From contig NC_043004.1 of the NCBI RefSeq assembly GCF_006345805.1, positions 16,244,001 to 16,308,000 of the forward strand: a stretch of 64,000 nucleotides of DNA, read 5' to 3'. This document shows positions 57,770 through 64,000 of the stretch, one piece after another. The translations under genes and the position numbers were made by a program. Source of the stretch: Octopus sinensis. Taxonomy: Eukaryota. The notes under the pieces are model-generated. The model saw only the letters and a program-made list of their open reading frames with translations. It had not been told where the DNA came from and did not search any database. The number at the start of each line of letters is the position of its first letter. Position 1 is the stretch's first letter.

Positions 57770-58796
57770 TCTTTATATATATAAAACTGAGAATGTGTCT
57801 GTCTGTCTGTCTGTGTGTTTCCCTAACACTTGAGAACTACACAACCAATTTCATTCAAATTTTACACATGCCTTACTTAGGGTCCATGTAGTTTCATGGG
57901 CAAAAAAATGTTCAACTTCTTGCCTAGAGCGAGCCCATAGCAATATCATATCTTCTCCACTATTTCAGTATTACGTGTTAAAAGTGAAACAAAAACATTT
58001 CTCTATTTTATGTCAGATACTTTCACTTTAACAATAAAAATAATAACAATTGAATTATATGTAGTAAGTAATAATTAAAATCAAACTAAAGTATAATATA
58101 ATCGTAACATAACAACAGTAAAAATAGGAATTGGTATAAAATTGCATCAATGACTTGAATTTGAATAAGTGGTTTCAAATGAATGGGAATAAATTAAATA
58201 TAAAATTAGCGTGCAGAAATGGAATAGTCCAGATGGATAATAAAAAAATTAAATTAAAGAAAAGACTATTGTCTATAAAGTATACAATGTAGAGAAAAAA
58301 GATTTGAACACATGGAGGAAAGCAACTTCTATAAGTGACTTGGTGCGACTATGAAAGATATCTAATCAGAGTCGGTAAATTCGCCACAATAGAAGCAAGG
58401 TTCGAGTCAACGGAGCGTGCAAGGGAGTACTCGACTCGAACTTGCAAAGTGGAAATATTTTATTTATACCTTCATATCTGGGACGTAGGACGTCCCGGAA
58501 AAAAATTAAAATGTCCCCCCCACCGAAGTAGACGTAGGTTGGATTGTAGCCACACTTCTATACAAGAGGGAGGACAAGATACAATTCATCGAAATTACAT
58601 GAGACGGGCTAACAATTCCGGTCTTTTATATATTTTGAGTATTGTTATCACTAGCGATATCAAGATATAACTTTGTATTTTGTATTTTATGTGTAGATGT
58701 ATATATATAGATGTACATGTAATATGTACACACATATATACACATATATACATACACTAGCACTATGACCCGGCAACGACGGGTCTTTAATGCTAG
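57770..58796 (+). mobile_element. Non-autonomous Helitron
   Basis: A|TCTTTATATATATAAAA start, (GTCT)n patch, subterminal hairpin GACCCG-GCAACGA-CGGGTC, then CTAG. The base after CTAG is C rather than the usual T. Confidence 0.72.
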
Positions 58797-58797
58797 C

Positions 58798-58839
<42 letters not shown>

Positions 58840-59070
58840 CAATTAAGGACAACTTCTTAATAAGGAAAACTTAACAAGAAATTATCGGGTAGATAGCGTG
58901 AAAAACCTCATAAGAGAAAACATTTCGAAAATAATTATTTCTTATTGAACATATTAAATTTATATATAGATACATGCCACACGCTAAGAGGGAAAAATTA
59001 GTCATTTCTACCAAAAATTTTACTAATCCCACCGAATGCAATTTTTCAAAGTAAGACATTTAAAAACATG

Positions 59071-59117
59071 GACTTGTATCACCTGTGATTTCATACCTCT
59101 GTATTCATCAGCAAGTC
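59071..59117 (-). ncRNA. Type I hammerhead ribozyme (minus-strand copy)
   Basis: Exact reverse complement of 59438-59484. Confidence 0.88.
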
Positions 59118-59437
59118 TGGACGTATTATAAATAAACGACCCTACATCGTCAAAGCCGGGCAGCCAACTGGCCAACATCAACGACGCACATGGGTTAGTT
59201 TACATATATTACATCCGGTAAATGGCAAACTTTTACGAATTGCATTTCGGGAAGGAAAAAGTTTTTTCGGAATAAAAATTTATTCCGAAAAAACTGTTCC
59301 TTTCCCGAAATGCAATTCGTAAAAGTTTGCCATTTACCGGATGTAATATATGTAAACTAACCCATGTGCGTCGTTGATGTTGGCCAGTTGGCTGCCCGGC
59401 TTTGACGATGTAGGGTCGTTTATTTATAATACGTCCA

Positions 59438-59484
59438 GACTTGCTGATGAATACAGAGGTATGAAATCACAGGTGATACAAGTC
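59438..59484 (+). ncRNA. Type I hammerhead ribozyme
   Basis: Stem I GACTTG/CAAGTC, core CTGATGA, stem II ATAC-AGAG-GTAT, GAAA, stem III ATCA(C)/(G)TGAT; cleavage triplet AUA, cut predicted after 59478. Confidence 0.9.
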
Positions 59485-59614
59485 CATATTTTTAAATGTC
59501 TTACTTTGAAAAATTGCATTCGGTGGGATTAGTAAAATTTTTGGTAGAAATGACTAATTTTTCCCTCTTAGCGTGTGGCATGTATGTATAATAATGCCCT
59601 CTATATATAAATTA

Positions 59615-59923
<309 letters not shown>

Positions 59924-60127
59924 ATTAATTATAATATATTATAATATATATATATGGGTGTGTGGTAAAACGTTTCTTTCCCAACCACATGGTGCCATTA
60001 TGTGACACATTTGACAAGTTCCTTCTAATAGATCTTCAGGCAATACCTTCAAAGATTATACTATTTTTCTTCATGATATTTATCGCAATTTACTAAAGCT
60101 ATATACACATATCAACGCATTCGCCAT

Positions 60128-60315
60128 GCTGGACCGCTGGAATCTACAAGTTTTTTTTTTATTCTGTCTTTGTTTATTTTCTCTTATTCCTATCTGTTGA
60201 ATAGAGTAGGCTCGAAACGTAAAAGACTTTTTTCAGTTTTCCTGAGCGTCAAAATAATACACTTGTTTGTTGTTCATACACCTGTCTTTAGTTTTTATAT
60301 AAATTATAACTATTT
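60128..60315 (+). mobile_element. Solo Penelope-like 3' end with hammerhead-like motif (60190-60225); duplicated at 61365-61552
   Basis: CTGTTGAATAGAGTAGGCTCGAAACGTAAAAGAC..TTCCTGAGCG..AATAC..CACCTGTCTT matches the pLTR end. Confidence 0.75.
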
Positions 60316-60810
60316 ATATATACACACAAAGTATGGCGGGGTAGTTCACTGCTGACCTAAACAATTAGATACGCTAGGAAAGTGCTTTTACGGATTAATA
60401 AGTCTCCAAGTTTGCAGCCGAGATGATAGTAATGGAGCTATTGCAGATTTCCGATATCGCGGATATATAATTGTTAAAGCGGACAACCTTCTGTCCTAGC
60501 TTGATTTATGCGTTCGCCAACACAACTACGTTTAGGCTTAGCAGCCCTCCTGTTTGTTTTCACTATCCTTTTTGTGTTACCTATTTTGACACTCTGCCAA
60601 ATCACAAATTTTATGTAATTTGCTTCTGGAGCAGCTATTTTATCGGAAGCGTATAGTGTTGTTAAATACTCGAAATACGAGACTAGAAAAACAGCCAGAA
60701 GGGTAATTTTTTTATGTCGTTTGCTTTGCTTTCCATTTGCGTATTTCGTTGTTCACGTTCCATGTACATTTTTGTTGTACACCCTCCGTGACCTCATGTG
60801 CCCACATATG

Positions 60811-60860
<50 letters not shown>

Positions 60861-60870
60861 ATATATATAT

Positions 60871-60962
<92 letters not shown>

Positions 60963-61022
60963 GAAATCAATATTAGAAAATTCTTCAGAAAGACATATAC
61001 GTGCGTAATATTATTGCTGTAT

Positions 61023-61092
<70 letters not shown>

Positions 61093-62049
61093 TTAATACA
61101 ACAATTATTTTACACACGTATATATCTTTCTGAAGAATTTTCTAATATTGATTTTCTGATATTAATTATAATATATTATAATATATATATATGGGTGTGT
61201 GGTAAAACGTTTCTTTCCCAACCACATGGTGCCATTATGTGACACATTTGACAAGTTCCTTCTAATAGATCTTCAGGCAATACCTTCAAAGATTATACTA
61301 TTTTTCTTCATGATATTTATCGCAATTTACTAAAGCTATATACACATATCAACGCATTCGCCATGCTGGACCGCTGGAATCTACAAGTTTTTTTTTTATT
61401 CTGTCTTTGTTTATTTTCTCTTATTCCTATCTGTTGAATAGAGTAGGCTCGAAACGTAAAAGACTTTTTTCAGTTTTCCTGAGCGTCAAAATAATACACT
61501 TGTTTGTTGTTCATACACCTGTCTTTAGTTTTTATATAAATTATAACTATTTATATATACACACAAAGTATGGCGGGGTAGTTCACTGCTGACCTAAACA
61601 ATTAGATACGCTAGGAAAGTGCTTTTACGGATTAATAAGTCTCCAAGTTTGCAGCCGAGATGATAGTAATGGAGCTATTGCAGATTTCCGATATCGCGGA
61701 TATATAATTGTTAAAGCGGACAACCTTCTGTCCTAGCTTGATTTATGCGTTCGCCAACACAACTACGTTTAGGCTTAGCAGCCCTCCCTGTTTGTTTTCA
61801 CTATCCTTTTTGTGTTACCTATTTTGACACTCTGCCAAATCACAAATTTTATGTAATTTGCTTTCTGGAGCAGCTATTTTATCGGAAGCGTATAGTGTTG
61901 TTAAATACTCGAAATACGAGACTAGAAAAACAGCCAGAAGGGTAATTTTTTTATGTCGTTTGCTTTGCTTTCCATTTGCGTATTTCGTTGTTCACGTTCC
62001 ATGTACATTTTTGTTGTACACCCTCCGTGACCTCATGTGCCCACATATG

Positions 62050-62109
<60 letters not shown>

Positions 62110-62227
62110 ACGCATAGATGTAAGTATGCACATATACGTATGTATATATTCATATATATAATTCATATTATTATATGATTGAACTTCACCCATTCTCTTC
62201 CAAGTAAGTTTTATATCTATATGTATA

Positions 62228-62333
<106 letters not shown>

Positions 62334-63193
62334 TGGTGTGTGTGTGTGTGTGTGTGTTATGTATGCACGTATGTATATATATATATTATATAACAAAAGT
62401 ACAGATAGAAAATATCACATCTTTAATTGTTGAATTCCCTTTATAAGCCGACGATCGTTTCTGTCGTATCAACATATTTAGATACAAAAAATATAACTCA
62501 AATTAATATATATTAAACAAAATTTATCAGGGACCAATGCAAATAATAACAAAGTAGAGAAAAACATAGATTAACCAGCTGATCGATAGGACAACAATTT
62601 AAATCATATTTATTGATACAATGCATGACGTAACAAACGGCTGTTGCTAAACAAAATACCTTAATGCAGTCTACACATAAATGGGAGAATAAAATTATTC
62701 ACATTCATGGGGCATTCGAATTAAGGCAACAGATCTTCATCAAAGTGAAAAAAGAAGAGCATACAGTATAAACAGGCGGAAGAAGGAAAAAGAAAGGAAA
62801 ACATGTCTTCGGCAATAAGTCTAGAAGCCTAGTATGTTAAATGCACATCAGGTTTCAAAGAGCGTAGGTGTGAGAGCGAGCTATTAAAGGACTAAGGAAA
62901 ACTACGAACTATTAACGGGAGAAAGCAGTTAGGAGTGGGTGTCAGGGTGTTATAAAAAATAAGTTATCAAGTTGTAAAGGAAATACAAACATAAATGTCA
63001 AAGTTCAAACGTATGTTAACGGAGAAAACTTAAATGAAGGTAAACGAATTAACGTAGATTACTAAAGAAAAAAATTAACTCACAGGAAATTAATACCAAG
63101 AAACCGCCTATGGTCCACAATGGGGTAAGTGTAAGTTCAATGGTCTCTACATTGTTCAGTAACAATTTAAAACAGGTCATTTGTTAAAGCCGT

Positions 63194-63313
<120 letters not shown>

Positions 63314-63327
63314 TTATTTTATAGAAG

Positions 63328-63380
63328 GAGCTTCTACAGGACTAGAACTGTTTCATTCAAATGAAATCATCAGGAAGCTC
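63328..63380 (-). ncRNA. Type I hammerhead ribozyme (minus-strand copy)
   Basis: Reverse complement of 63383-63435, with one difference in loop 3. Confidence 0.8.
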
Positions 63381-63382
63381 AT

Positions 63383-63435
63383 GAGCTTCCTGATGATTTC
63401 ATTTGAATGAAACAGTTCTAGACCTGTAGAAGCTC
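63383..63435 (+). ncRNA. Type I hammerhead ribozyme
   Basis: Stem I GAGCTTC/GAAGCTC, core CTGATGA, stem II TTC/GAA with a U-U first pair, GAAA, stem III ACAG/CTGT; cleavage triplet GUA, cut predicted after 63428. Confidence 0.82.
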
Positions 63436-63519
63436 CTTCTATAAAATAAATTAATTTACTCTGCTATGTATTGAGTACCTTATTTATTGTGGTTAACCCC
63501 GACTCAACCCGGGACCTAC

Positions 63520-63578
<59 letters not shown>

Positions 63579-63599
63579 GTTTATGAATTTGTGTTGAAA

Positions 63600-63655
63600 G
63601 ACTCCTGAAGTGAAACCGTGTGTTGAAACCGATATCGTAATATTTCGGTATAGTC
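63600..63655 (+). ncRNA. Degenerate hammerhead-like motif
   Basis: GACT(C)/(T)AGTC stem I, CTGAAGT core variant, AAC/GTT stem II, GAAA, ACCGA/TCGGT stem III, GUA site. Confidence 0.4.
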
Positions 63656-64000
63656 ATGTTTTTGCGCCAAATAAACACACGCACTATATATTCGTTCTTC
63701 ACTGGTTTATTACTGTTCTTATTTTAACTCATGTCCATTGTCATGACATCGTTCGTCACACATGCGTGACGTCTTCATTGAAACTTTCCCCTCATCCTGT
63801 GTGCTCCCGCTCCGCTTTCTCGATTCTGTTCTTCTATGATGTGTATCCTTACATGCGCCTACTTTTGCATCTGTCTTTGTGTGTGTTTGTGGGTGTGTGC
63901 GTATGTGTTTGCGTGAGAGTGTGTCTGTGGTTCTTAGTAGCACTACAACTGTCCTTTCATACTGTCCCCTTCCCCCCGTAACCGATGTTGCTGACCTTGA

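Larger units (their letters stand above)
63314..63520. mobile_element. Mini fold-back hammerhead element between (TAGA)n and (TA)n
   Basis: 63314-63449 is a spacerless palindrome (68-bp arms, 1 mismatch, centre 63381|63382) followed by a ~70-bp unique tail. Confidence 0.8.

Noticed and set aside
60630-60695. Hammerhead-like CGGAAG..GTAT/ATAC..CGAAA
   Set aside because: The core and stem III are too degenerate to call.

Overview
AT-rich, microsatellite-dense eukaryotic DNA with no supportable host protein-coding gene. The SINE, LINE and microsatellite landscape suggests an octopus-like cephalopod (inference). Nearly all recognisable content is mobile: (i) a (TAA)n-embedded cluster of R4/Dong-like RLE non-LTR retrotransposons (one near full length, 3594-7736); (ii) a near-intact Neptune-type Penelope-like element (RT + GIY-YIG, 17377-22979) with tandem pseudo-LTRs in a (TA)n tract; (iii) solo Penelope-like 3' ends, tRNA-derived SINEs, a mariner relic, a Helentron-type HINE and a non-autonomous Helitron; (iv) a 1.24-kb tandem duplication. 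The standout is a set of small non-coding fold-back elements in (TA)n tracts that carry hammerhead ribozymes. Two palindromes (~58951-59618 and 63314-63449) each place a complete type I hammerhead on both strands, head-to-head, and a diverged relative lies at 37680-38230. Six more minimal hammerhead-like motifs with non-canonical cores sit in the Penelope termini. All alignments and folds were done by eye.
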